A stretch of DNA of 64,000 nucleotides from positions 1,736,001 to 1,800,000 of the forward strand of contig JAMWBK010000001.1 in the NCBI GenBank assembly GCA_029953675.1, read 5' to 3'. Below, piece after piece: positions 49,862-62,605 of the stretch; position 1 is the first letter of the stretch; the number at the start of each line of letters is the position of its first letter. This DNA comes from Rhodosorus marinus CCMP1338. Lineage: Eukaryota > Plantae > Rhodophyta. Below the pieces are notes generated by a model. That model was not told the DNA's origin and did no database searches. It saw nothing but the letters and a program-made list of their open reading frames with translations. Position numbers and translations under genes: made by a program.

Positions 49862-51480
49862 TCAAAAAGAGAAGTCTTCAGCGCCAGGAACCCGCTTTTC
49901 TTCACCGAGAGCATCCTTTTCCTCTGTCTCCCTCTCATCTGGGGATTCTAGCGCGAGTTCACCGAGCAGACCCGAGCGAAAATCGGTGAGAAACCGTCGC
50001 GCGAAGCGCTCCGTGTCTGATGCGAACGACTTGTCTGCCACTGCAAACTAGCGGGATGCAGAAGAAAATTGTCACGCTTTAGACTAGTCCGGGCGATGCC
50101 TGCTCAAGGTTTCGTACGCGGGAATGAGATTCTTATACTAATAGCAGGACACTTACCAAGTACTCATCACCAGCCATCTCCCCGAATTGGACACCGTAGC
50201 GGTTCTGGGAGCGATGAAAAAAGCAAAAAGAATATCGCAGACGTTCAGATCATGCGGCATAGAGAACAGTAGAAGCATAACCTTTCGTAAAGAACTTGAA
50301 CAGAGGGACCAACAGCAAAACGCAAAGCTGCGAGTGGACCATTCCTTTTCCAAATAGCCGAATCTTGTTGAAAGCAAAACAACCCCGTTATCAAGAACAT
50401 CCAGCTTACCTCAATCCTTTCCATGTCTACAAAACCGTTGATTCTTGTGGACACGGATCTTAATTCCTCTGCGAGAAACGCCTAAAGCACGAATGCATAG
50501 GGCTGGAAGTTCAGATAACAATTGAGGAGGTTGGGAACCAGCAAAACCCACTGGGATGCTGTACGTACAGCTACTAGCTGGTTGTCATAAGAGGCCTCTC
50601 CGATATCATCGCATACAGCAAGCCGGCTAGCAGTAAGTTGACTAACGAGCTTCATTGGTATGATACCCGGTGTGTCGAGCAGCTCAATATCGCTAGAGAT
50701 CCGAACCCACTGCAATCCTCTCGTGACTCCGGGACGATTCTCAGATTTTGCAGCTCGTTTGTTGACTAGTCTATTGATCAGAGCGGATTTCCCTACGTTC
50801 GGATACCCGAGCACCATGCATCTGACGGGGCGAGGCAGCAGGCCACGTTTCTTGCGCTTCTCGTTCATGGCAGTGCCAGCTTGCAACGCCGCACGTCGAA
50901 GCTGAGGTACGCCTTCCCCTTTTTGAGCGTTTGTGAAAAACACGCTGAAACCGCTGTCCGACAAATGCCGTTTCCACATCACCTTTGCCTTTTCAGGAGC
51001 CATGTCGGACCTGTTCATGGCCACGATGCAGGGTTTGTTGCCCACCCTGCGTAGCCGTGCAGAAACAAGGGGAAAAGGTGAGCACAGACGGTTAACTCCA
51101 GCCGCAAAAGACACTGAGGAGGCTCTTCCGCCAATACGCCATTAGACGAATCTAAGAAATCAGTTGGTGCTAGTACGAACGTACCACTTTTCTACGAGGG
51201 GGTGCGCAGTTGATCTTGGGATTCTGCAGTCACGCATCTCAATGACGACATCAACTACCGACAACATCTCCTTCAGCTTTTTCTCAGCCTTTGCAATATG
51301 TCCGGGGTACCAGTTTATCAAAGGACGAACTAGCCCTTCCTCAGGCAGTTTATCCCTCCCTTTCGCCATCGCAATCACTTCTGGACGAACTCGTCGATAA
51401 CCGCATCTCGAACCAACCCGCGCGTTCGACGAAAACGCATTCACCTGTCCAGCCGACACAAACAATAACATCGTATTCAT
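49862..51480 (-). CDS. RbgA: Ribosome biogenesis GTPase RbgA/YlqF, organelle-targeted (probably plastid), multi-exon
   Basis: [46 protein letters not shown] and LLDTPG. The last exons give [17 protein letters not shown]. Confidence 0.92.
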
Positions 51481-53031
51481 CCTCTCCTCAACAAAAAAAA
51501 ATCCGCCCAAGAAGACCTTGGTCCCCTTTCTTCAAACCCGGCTTCAGATCGTTCGTCCTCTTCTCCAATCCCCGTGAAAAAACAAACCAGTTCCAATTAT
51601 GTGTACTATCTATACACAATACAATAATAAGATCTAAAAGGATTCTTCAGCAACCATGACTCCTCTCACCTTCCTCCCTCCCCAAACTAATGCCCATCCA
51701 TCGAGGTTGTCCAAAAATCTCGTGAGAATGTATTTTCTGGGGGCAGGCGTTTTCCGTCTGACGTGAAAATCTATATTGAAGGAGTAAATGACGCAGGACG
51801 CGCACTACTCAAAATTGCCAGACCGGCGTCTCACTTCAGACGTTAAACTCGACTCAAAAGCTTGGGCATCAGTAGCCATGATACCTTGGCCCGGCTCGTA
51901 TTTCATCTTTTTCAAGAAAAAAACAACTCGTCCGTCTTCACCACCGCTTTAGCAAATTATCGTGAAAGAAAAAAAACGGAGATTTTACAACGCACGGCTT
52001 ACGTCGGACATTTGACGCTGACTCTTGCTTGCTATGGGCGAAAATGGGAATCCACCAAAAAAATTAAAAAACTCTAGCGGAAATGATACATAAAAATAAA
52101 ATAAAACCAAACCCTTTTATTTCGAAAACAGTTATTTCCGAATACCGTATTTCCAGCAAAAAACCTGGCTTCTGCTAAGTAATTGATTATTTTAGTAATA
52201 TTCAATTTCACAGGGCGGCAGCAGGGGGCTCTTTAGAAGCCACTTCTTGATGAGACTGTGTTTCTGAGTCAACAGCCGCGCTTTCAAAGAAGGGGACTTT
52301 CAGTACTGGACGATTGAGTGCTTAATGAATCCTCTCTCCACGCCCCACGCCCCAAGTCCTGCCCCGCTAGCAGGAACTTAAGCATGTTGTGATGCTTCAG
52401 TTCCTATAATGCTCTGAGCATTATCTTTCCGCGAAGGTCCTCCGGGCAAAGGATATCTCGCTAAGCCCTGGGCAGAGGGGCTGAAACTCATGACACCAGT
52501 ATACAGTTCTGGGACATACGTGACGCGCAAACGCACGCACGTGGTGACGTTGTTCTAGTAACCCAGAGCAAGCATTGATATACCGGGAGCTTACTGTCTA
52601 AGACCTCAATCCACCCGCCGGCGTTGAACGCTGGAAATGAGAGTTTATATAGAGAGCTCGGTAGGGTTGGTTGGAACCAAGGAGCTGCTGGAATATGGAG
52701 GAAGTGCAGAGCTCGAGGGGCTTCAACCAAGAAAAGTGAAGCTGGAACAAAACGGCGAGAAGATGTAGAAGAGTGCATTCACATCGAAAGCGAGCAGAGG
52801 CGTTTAATTTTGCTATTCGGTGTGGAGGGCAAGTTGATTCTGTTTAAGAGCTCAGGTATCGTTCAAGAGCTTCGAAGGGAAATCTGAAAGACTCAGAGGT
52901 TTTAGGAAGTGCAAGGATGGATGTGAAGATCGAATCGGATATAGGATAAGATTCCGTGAACAGTGTGACACAGGTTTCGTGGGTAGGAGGTTAGATTCTA
53001 TTCTGCTGGCAATACTTTAAAATTTCAGCTG

Positions 53032-53966
53032 ATGGTTCCGCTGTGGTTGGAGGTGCTGCTCATTGTATTCTCGTATGCTATGACTGTCGGATTTCTATTA
53101 CTTTCAGTTGTAGCCCGAGGGAGTCGATGGATGTATGGGCACAACGCGTTGTTGAGGAAGCGGTGGACGAAGAGAATGCTAAGTCGTGAAGCAGACGCTC
53201 TGGCCCTTCTCGGTGTTCAGACTTATCGGAACGTTATCATGTCGAGTTCCTTTCTAGCCACAGCCGTGCTAGGGATTTCGTCCTTTTTCCTCAGCACCGT
53301 GTTTAGTTCGGACGAGGTACAATTCCCCGAAAGCAGCGACGCAGTGGGCGACCCTACTCGCTCGTGCAAGTCCAGTACTCATCTTTCTCCCAACGTACTT
53401 GTTTGAAATGACCCGCGTTTAGACTGAAATGATCACGAAAATATCGCTGAACGATCCGCTCACTAGCGTGGACCCTGAGACTGGCCTCCCTTATATAAGC
53501 GTGACGGTGAAGTTGATGATCCTGTTCATTATTTGCTTCGTGGCGTTTTTCTTCATGACACAAAGCATTCGACTGCATATGCACCTTGGATTTGCGATGA
53601 AGGCGAACACGGGAGATGAGATCACCGACGTTATCAGAGGTTTGCGAGTTGCACGGCCCGTACAAACATAAGTACTGGTTGATCGAAACATCTTAAACTC
53701 GTAGTATGTGCTTTCTTCTTGACTTTCCAGAAAGAACAATGTCATCGGCAGTTCTTGGGCAATCCTACTTTGCATTTGGACTGCGAGTATTCTACCTGCT
53801 CTTCCCTTCTGTGTTGTGGCTGCTGGGAACGATGTGGTTGGTAATTGGTAGTGTTTTTACAACGGTCGGGCTTTTCGTGTTTGACACTAACCACGACAAT
53901 TGGGGCAAGCGCTTCTCTGTCTCGTCCCACGATGGTGGGCTCGATCACGTGCTCAACGAACCGTAA
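53032..53966 (+). CDS. DUF599 family membrane protein, 3 exons
   Basis: W..M..LLGVQTYRNVIMSSSFLAT and FAFGLRVFYLLFPSVLWLLG match the DUF599 pattern; four hydrophobic segments. Confidence 0.85.
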
Positions 53967-54620
53967 ACTGTGGTGCACTGGTGAGCATCGCCATGCAAAT
54001 AAGACATTGTCCGCATAGTATGGAGTTCCCTCTTTTTCGAGGGGAAGTCGCTCGACGAGACGATGTCCTGGAGACCTGCGTAGATCTGTCCCAAAGTGGA
54101 GGAGGGCTTTGTAGTACTGTTCTGTGGGTACTAGATGTACTTCGTCTTAGAGGCTTGAAACCCATGAGCCGAGGAGGAGGAGACGTCAGTTGAAGTTTCC
54201 GAAACACCGAAACACGAGGTTGCGTAGCGAGCTCTGAGCTCGCGTACCTAGGATATCCTCAACGTCCCGACCACTAGTTTTTACAAATGATCGTTTCAAG
54301 CCTGAGAAATCCGTCCGGAGGCTTTGGGTCTGAAGTTGAATGCGTGGCAGTCGCGGTCCTGTGTGTTGTGACAATGGTTAGCTCAGAACTTGACTGGATT
54401 TTGGTCACTGCATGTATCCAGTGGTTTGCGATTCGCTTTTTCATCACGGCTAAGCCGGTGAAGATGAAGTGAACTAAACATTGTTTATATCTTCAACACA
54501 AAAAACTCGCTGTACCTGCGAGGAACGTAGCTACTAGAATCCACATCTGACCTTCCCGTTTCGGCTAGACTTCAGGAACACAGTGGTGAGTGCCAGTCAA
54601 CACAAGATCACCATCGTAGC

Positions 54621-55673
54621 TCACTTCTTCGTTGCGGTGAGGAATTCCTTCATTTTCGAATGAAACTCTTGTTTACATGCAACCATCACCCAGTGCACCG
54701 CGGGCAGAAAAACCGCTTCAGAATGGTCGCTACGTTGCTGGAGGGACTGTAGCCACTGTTCAGGACAAAATTTCATGTCCTTTTTTGTCCCAACGAAAAA
54801 CAGAACCGGGTGTCGTGGGAATGTTCGAATATCCAACTGTATAGGTACGGGCAAAGTAATGTCTATTAGCGAGCGCTTCTTTCGTAGCGAGATTTCGACT
54901 GAACCCATACGTCCGAAACAAATGTTAAATCGGAGCAGCTGACTAGGAGAGAGCTTACCGGTTCCGGGGGTTTTCGAAGGCCAAGGCACATGGCGACTCG
55001 ATCAAGATGAGCATTCCAATAGCTATGCCCGACGTCGGCTGTCAGTTGCGATATGTCAGTATCACTCTCAGAGGCCATGTACGCCATGTGTTTGCGTGCA
55101 CCCCGATCCGCCCAGTCTTGTAGGAACGGAACGAATCTTGCCACAAGATAGTAGAAAATAATTCGGTATTGGTAGAAAACTCCAGCGAAGAATAAGCCAA
55201 CGAGTTCTTTTACCCTAGACATATCGAATGTACAGCGCTGTAAGTATCCTGTTCGAATATCCGAGAGTAGAATGTAGAGCAAACCTCGGTGGCTGCATCC
55301 ATACGGGCCCCACATCAACTCCGATCGTTCGGGAGACCTTCTCCGAATGTTTCAGAATGTACTTAAAACCATATACGGAACCCCAGTCGAACAGACAAAG
55401 AGTGATTGGGAAGCGACCGCGACAACTCTCGTCGATGGTTTCAGCGATCATGTCCACAACTTCATCCACGTTGTAGCCAGATTTTCGATATACTCCAAGA
55501 GACTTGGCCTCCTCACGACTACTGTACATTGGCAGCCCGATACTCACACAACGATATTCATTGGAAAACTCCTTAACCGTATCATCCCAGAGCCTGGGAG
55601 TATCTGGCCACCCATGAATGAATACAATCGTCTCCGCTCCACCGTCATTCACAACCTCGAAATGTAAACCCAT
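54621..55673 (-). CDS. Alpha/beta hydrolase (epoxide hydrolase-like), multi-exon
   Basis: IVFIHGWPDTPRLW, nucleophile elbow FDWGS, PVLFFVG and C-terminal VHWV. Confidence 0.82.
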
Positions 55674-55899
55674 CCGTCAGACGAAACCAGTCAAGCACCT
55701 ACTCAACTACTTCCAAAAAAAAAATCACTGAAGAACATTCCATTCTCCCGTTGCAAAGTGCTTCTCAGTCAGCCACCCCACCTCCACCACCTCGCAACGT
55801 CCCCCCACTCAAATCCTTCTCAACACACCCAGACCAGAAGAATATCTTGCAATTTGACCAAAGTATCTGAAACTGATTTGGGGACCATCAGTCTCTAAG

Positions 55900-57050
55900 A
55901 ATGTGCAACCTCAGAGGCGAAGCATCCGCTGTGTACCTTTCCAACCGTTAGCCGGGGAGGCCATCCGGGATCTCATCCCTAAGAGGGTACTGCGGTAGTA
56001 GAGCAGTATTGTAGGTACTTAGTAGATGACCGGTATGTAGTAACGTAGACGATTGTATCGTGATTGATCTGCATAGTCCGTCCTCGTCGTACGACAGTGG
56101 ACTACTGGATCGAGTACTTAATGAATTGTAGGTGCTCAGGCATGTTAGGGATCAGTAAAACAGGGGTACAGCAAATGCACTCAATAAGTACTCTAACGTT
56201 CGTGGTCTCCAACCACGATGGGCGTCGTGTGGTGAAGGCCGCATAACTTTCAACGCGGAAAACCAGTACCGCGATTCTGTGCACCAATCGAGGTTGCTGT
56301 ACCAGTGAGTGGCTGGACACCTTTCCTCATTCTTCTCACAAGAGCCGGACTCGGGTAGCAGGGTACAACCAGAACAAAATCTACTGTTTTGCTACCAGTG
56401 GACCGGTTGCCATGGTCTGTTCACTGATTAATCTACCTTTGAGTAGTAGTAGTCCGATCCCGCGCCCATGCTTCGCTAGCTGGCCGTATGCGCTTCCCGT
56501 GCATGGCCATATTATCAGCCTCGTGGAGCATAGATCCATTTCTTGAATTTAGTTTCAATTCGTCAACGAAGAGGACATACTTCCCTGTCTCTGATGCGTT
56601 CGGAAGCAGGATGAGTAGGCCATTAAAGTGTGAGACGTAGGATGTTTTGGAGCAACGTGCTTGGGCTCTCGCCAACTGGTGCTTGGCCCACAAAGGCGGA
56701 TCACGGGGATCGATCTGCTGACACAGAGCAGTCACAAAGTTCTCGAACGTCTCGGGATGAGGATCACAGGTCTGGAGGGCATACCAGTTGCAGACATGCC
56801 TGGTCAGCGAGGCTCCACAATGCTAAGGTTGTAGTCATCATCGGCGTCTGACAGCTGGGCCAGGCGGAACATCCCCCCCCGAATTCCATGAACAACTGTC
56901 ATTGATGGTAGCGTCCTCGCTGGCCATCATGCGGCGTCGGCTGATGCGCCAGTAGTTTGAACAGCGAAGTTGGCATCGTCTTGAACCGCACACTTACCAT
57001 GGTCCCGGTCACTCTTCAGGGTAGGTACCGTCACATCGCCTAACAGTTCC
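55900..57050 (-). mobile_element. Decayed Ty3/gypsy relic with recognisable gag
   Basis: WYALQTCDPHPETFENFVTALCQQIDPRDPPLWAKHQLAR..YVSHFNGLLILLP..LFVDEL fits the retrotransposon gag domain. Downstream is broken; the limits are approximate. Confidence 0.7.
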
Positions 57051-59160
57051 TGATGTAAACGGGTTGACTACAGAATTTAAACTAGAGCCGGATTATGTGC
57101 TCGGAGTTTTGACTGCGATGACAAAATCCAGAGAGGAAGATGGTGTTACTGGCTGGCTGTCAAACAGTATTCCCAAAACAAGTAAAAGCGAAACCCGAGA
57201 ATCTGAGTTTTGGCCCAGTCCCAGGAATCTAACTTCTCCAGTCAGCTCGGAGCGAACACCGCGGATTTCGATAACAAATCGAAAAAAGGGACCGTGCACT
57301 GCTGGCTCCGAAGTATTTGGGAAGGACAGCCAGGAAAAATTTCAGGTCTTGTAGTGCTGCTGACGGAATCACCATATGAGCACAATCACAAGCAGTAGTT
57401 AGTACTTTGTACAACGAGGATATAGGGGTAGGTATTGTATCGATCGGGGGTAGCGCGTCTTCATCTCGTTGCGGAATCTGAGTTGAGCCGAGTCGCGCTT
57501 CTTTCGTGTGGATATTGCAGGAGCCCATCGGGATTGGAAGGGAGAAGACAGTGCTTGGATCTTGTTTTCACCTAGCGAGCTCAGTCAACAGCTTTCAGAT
57601 GAGTTGATGTTTTGGAAGTTACCGAAAGCTTGTGGTAAGCCTGGGTTGTCGTTTTTAGAGGGGAGTTGTTCCAGATTGGGGAAAGATGTCCGCGATATTT
57701 AACTTTCAGAGCCTTCTAGTAGTCGTACTGCTATTCATTTGTACGTGCGCGTATATTCGAGCTCTGTATCCGTCGATTCTTGATAAGAACAAGGATGGGT
57801 AAGGGTCACTCACATCAGGTTCCCGAAAGCGAGCTATTCGACAGCAGCTCGGAACTAATCGAAGGAAACCCTTTTTTCCATTTTTGAACACCAGGTGGTT
57901 AGGGCTATTTTGGAAAGCAGCTCGTATAGGTAAGTAGCAGAAAACAGATCGTTTGCTTTTTGAGATGCACCGTGCTAATACCTAGGCGTCCCGCATGCTC
58001 TGTCTTTTAGGAGAAAGACTGAGCCCTTACGTTTCAGGAGCCTGTATTCTTATGGGTGTCAGCTTACTGGTTTATCGCGGTTAGGAACCGTGGACGCAGC
58101 TCCAAGGCCCAGGGCTGTTCAGCTGGTTCGCTGCGGGCTTTGCTGTAATTCTTGAGGCACATCTATCTCACACAACCAGATCGTTTTTCTTTGCCCTTCG
58201 AACGAACCTGAAGGACGATATTAGCCACCTTCATGCACTGGTAAAAAAGGTCGATGAACCGCATCTACATATTTAGCACCTCTGAGCTCTGCCGAGGTCG
58301 TCATGTGGTTCATGGCGAGCATGCGATATTCGAACTGGAATTTTCCGTATGAAGAAAGGAGTACTATCTTGCTAAACATTGAAGGACATCCGTTTCCGGT
58401 CAGGTATTGCACATCCTAGATCAGGAATTCTGCTGGACCTTCCAACAGTGCGCGGAGCTTCATCTCAATACACACGCGTCCCGACATCATCAAAACGCGT
58501 TTCTTTCGTCCTTGGCGAAAGAAACTGCCATCAACAGCACGCTTTTACCCAAGCATGTAGTCGAACTCACTGGAATGAACCAGTTTCAAAGAGTCCCAGA
58601 CACATCTTAGTGCTTCAAGCCTGGCGACGGAGCTTCATCTAAGCCACCTCCGCCAGGCTACCAGTTACAATGAAAAGCCTTTTGTATCAACGTCATGGCC
58701 CAATATCATCTGTCGGACGTGAAAAGTTTCCGAGAGGGAGCCAGTCTCATAAAGGAGACGAGCATGAATAAGGAAACCTCATTCAGTTTTTTGATGACAA
58801 ACAATGAGTTTAGTCTCGCAACTCATTATTATGTAGACAGCTGTATCAAAATATAGATGGTCATCACCTAGAAGTGCATCAACCTAGACGACCTCCCGTG
58901 TCATCGGCCAAGGTCCTTTTGGCCCAACGCGTTTCCTTTCGTTTATCACGCCAATTACATTTGACGTTAAAATTCTTATCCTGTCCGAGAAATTGTAATG
59001 CGTCAGACGGGAGACAGCGTAGGGCGGGGTATTTAAAGGGGTGAGATTATGGGTTGGGCTGGACGAGAAGGTCTTGAAGTAGTTGTAAAGTAAAGCACGA
59101 TCAACAATTGAATTGGAATTTACTTGTTCTAGTCTTGTGAGGTTGCAGAGAGGAACCAAT

Positions 59161-60630
59161 ATGCCTGGTATGTATAATTCAGATTTTATCTGTACCGTAC
59201 TTTTTCGGGGAATTTGTCACTTAGAAGACGGCCTGTGTTTTTTTTCTTGGGTGAAGGACGACCGAGAAAAGTGAAGTCGGCTTGGGACGACGAAACAGAT
59301 GAAGACGACTTGGATGATGAGCTGGTTGCTGATTACATGGCGAACACGGGGCTTGATGATGATGTGAAGAACGGCAGAGAACCAGAATATACCGAAGATG
59401 TTGATGAGGAACCCTTTCAGAGGTATAAGAGGTATGAATATGAGGATGAGGATGAGGAATCCGGAGAGGAGGAAGCAATGAATGCCGCAGAGAAGGAATT
59501 TATGAAAGTAGGGCTCAACTACGCTCATTTCCTAAAGTCCAATCAATGACTGACAACCTGTCAATCGGCACGATCTTTTAGGACAGTTCGAGTAGGCCCG
59601 TCGTTCAAGGCCGGAGTAGTTACAAGCCTTCGCGGACAAAGTTTTCCGTGGATGCGGCTATTGAAAACTATCTGGAGGACGAATTTCAGATTGCTTCGCT
59701 GACGATGGCGAAAAGGTGAGATTTTCTGAAGCCGAACAGAACCATGAGCAGGTTCCTGAAAGCCAAAAACGAACACGTCGTCTCGAAATCGAAGGAGCTC
59801 AGGTTCGTCCAGTTCGTTTGGCATCGGGAAGGACCGAAGCCGTCAGGTTGAAACTAAGGAGTCAGCTGCTAGATATGGGTCAGCTTCTGGAACCAGAGAA
59901 GAAGAAGTTCTTGCGCAAGGGCACAAGATTTTGAGGTGGATCGCAAGCAGTGGTGACCGGTTAATAATAGGCCATTACACGGGTAAATCCAAGAGGGCGC
60001 TCGGGGACCTTGCAGTGAGTATTTGCGCGCCACTGCACTTCCGCGAGTTTCGTGCAATAACAATAATTGGCCGTCCCCAATAGGATCATTGTGGACTCGA
60101 GTACGGCACCCTCGGGACAGGAAGAGAAAGCAAAGTTTTTGTTCAGAGAACTTACGAAACGAACGCCATTAGTGCAGACCAGGTAAGCGTCCGTTCGCGT
60201 GAAATTTCAGCTGGTATTTTTTTGCCGCTGATGGATGAAGATCGTTAACTTGAATGTAGATGGAGGCAATTATTCTCGCGAATGAAGTGAATCCTAGACC
60301 CAAAAAGCCACGTGAACCAAGAGACGCACCATACAGAGTATCCGCCAAGAAAGAACAGCAGATGAAGTAAGCTACAAATCGTCGCAACCTGTTGGAATTG
60401 CTGCGTCAAGATTTGTTGGATAGACGCATTTGTTGACACGTGTGTTTTCTAACAGGAAACTTGAGGAAACCGCGAATGGTGTTCCTTTGGAGGACACAAA
60501 CGCCGGCCATATGATGCTTAGGAACATGGGCTGGTCCCAGGGCTCTGGTTTGGGTGTAAAGAAAGATGGGAGGACAGAGCCAGTACCCGTGAAAATCAAC
60601 GTAACTCGAAAGGGCTTGGGACTAGACTAG
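59161..60630 (+). CDS. R3H-like plus C-terminal G-patch RNA-processing protein (SQS1-like architecture), multi-exon
   Basis: Acidic N-terminus. LA|DHCGLEYGTLGTGRESKVFVQRT is R3H-like. G-patch TNAGHMMLRNMGWSQGSGLG..GRTEPV..RKGLG ends at the stop. The start exon is problematic (see findings). Confidence 0.75.
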
Positions 60631-61418
60631 CTATGCCGTCAATTTTTTCCATTCGGCGAGCGAGCAACTAGCCTCTTTGGTTTTCTAGACTCTTTGGTCC
60701 TCCCATTTCCATAGAACGGCAACGTCGTGGCTGCTCTTGTTCGAAGTTTGCTCTATGTGTGCAGTAGTTGTTTGGTTTGCATATTAAATTGAATTTTGAT
60801 ACTGGAGGACGGCATGAAGACTAAATCTTAACAAGCACAGGGAACATCAGATGGAGCACGAAGTGATACGCTCAGGAAGCCAGCGATTGGGAGAGCTAAA
60901 GCAGACCAATCTAAAGCAGCCATGTGTAGAATAGCGCGCACCGGAAAGCCCAAAGCTGACTCCTCAAGACATACAAAGCAGCACTTCACGAAACACGTAG
61001 AGTAGTAGCTGGCGAATGGGGAGCAATGGCAGGTAACTGCATCTCACGCATCACCCTACCCAGAAGCTCTCCAACTGCGATCTAAACTGTGCTACAGCTC
61101 CCCAAAGTTCCACGTGATTGAGCTCTGTTTGAACTTGGACCACAACTAACTGGGACGCTTGAGATCATCTGCCAACGTCCCAGTCAGAACTTTTTAGTTT
61201 TTCAAATCCATTGTCGAGGTCATTCTTACCGCAGCCCAGTAAGTAAACATTGCTCAGCTGCCTTATGCCCTGCTCTCAATAAAAAGGGTGGGTCAATAGC
61301 CTACTCATGCGGCGGGTCGATGAAAAGTGGAGCGCCTAATGACTGGGCGGCAGGCTAAACACTTACTCATCGTGTCGTGAGGTATTAGTGGATGTTCTTG
61401 AGTTTCTTGTTGAACAAC

Positions 61419-62263
61419 ATGCTCAGATTGGTGCATTCTGTGGCACTCGTTGTTCGACGACCTCATAGCGGTACGTTTTCCGGACGCTTCTTGTCCGTTT
61501 CTGGGGATTCAAGCGTCGAATCCGAGGATGACCAAGCAACGGAGATTAAGGAGGAGAGGAGGAAAGGAATGTTCCTCAAAAGTAAGGACATGAGTCTTGA
61601 AGAGCTGATAACTGTCGAGGGGTATCTCACATCATCCAAGACATCAGTAGTCAACATGTCAACTGATAGTGGCCTGGTTCGAAATGGACTTCAAAAGGTT
61701 TGTTGATTGAGAACCAAGCAGTGGAGCACCCCCTTGAGAGGGTGTAGCGCCACTCCCTCCGCAGACTATCGTTTCCGAACTTCGGAGATCGCACCGTACG
61801 TGCATGCTGAACTGTTCATTGTCCTGTCCGATGCTACCGTTAGGTCTTTGGGAGGTTTAGGCGCGATCCGGAGGAAGAGAAGAACGAACAAAGAGCGTCC
61901 AAGGTCAGACGGCGACTAAGAGAGGAAAAGGACAAACTCATGGAGGCTGTGGGACGATCCTGCAACATGGAATTTGAAGCTGTTGCGGATGGTATGGACT
62001 ACGCGTATATGAAGGCACGGCGAAGGGGGATTCGTGAGATGCCGGGCGGGCTGGCGAAGACCCGTGCGGTACGACGATATGAGGAAACAGAATCGATGGT
62101 TGAATTCGCTCGAGACCATCTGCGGAAGGAGGTGTGGGAGGAAATGCGGTTCTCGTCCACTAGGGTTTTGGAGAAAAGGTTTAGCCATCGAATGAAGGGC
62201 GAATACCGAGATCTGCCGTACAAGCGGAAGATGATCCGACGTAGAAAAAAGAGTCCCACTTGA
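61419..62263 (+). CDS. Hypothetical protein with mitochondrial-presequence-like N-terminus, 2 exons
   Basis: MLRLVHSVALVVRR (Arg/Ser-rich). The GT intron at about 61698 splices to VFGRFRRDPEEE and reads through to the basic C-terminus. ATG 61392 is also in frame. Confidence 0.65.
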
Positions 62264-62605
62264 TACAGACAGCTAGTTCGCAGAGCTGCAATGGCCTTTA
62301 TTAATTCTTCCGTTGACTAACCTAGCATACTCACCACAGGGCTTGGCAAGCAGGGTTTACGTCTCCGTTTGAACGAGGCCAGGCGTACCCATTGAGAGCA
62401 GTAGTTACGAAATCAAACCTTAATTGTTGAGTGTTCCTGTGCTAAAGATTACCAATGTTATCTTTGTATTGTGCCGTCGAAAAGACTAGCGCCACGAAGC
62501 TTCGCGTCTGTGCTCCCAACTTCTTGTCGGATTTTCTCAAGCTCCTAGAGGACGAGAGAAAAGCAACATAGCAATTAATACTCAGGGAGACTTGGGAGCA
62601 GAGGT

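Noticed and set aside
52200-52900. Overlapping 87-96 aa ORFs upstream of DUF599
   Set aside because: No motifs; they may be UTR or chance frames.
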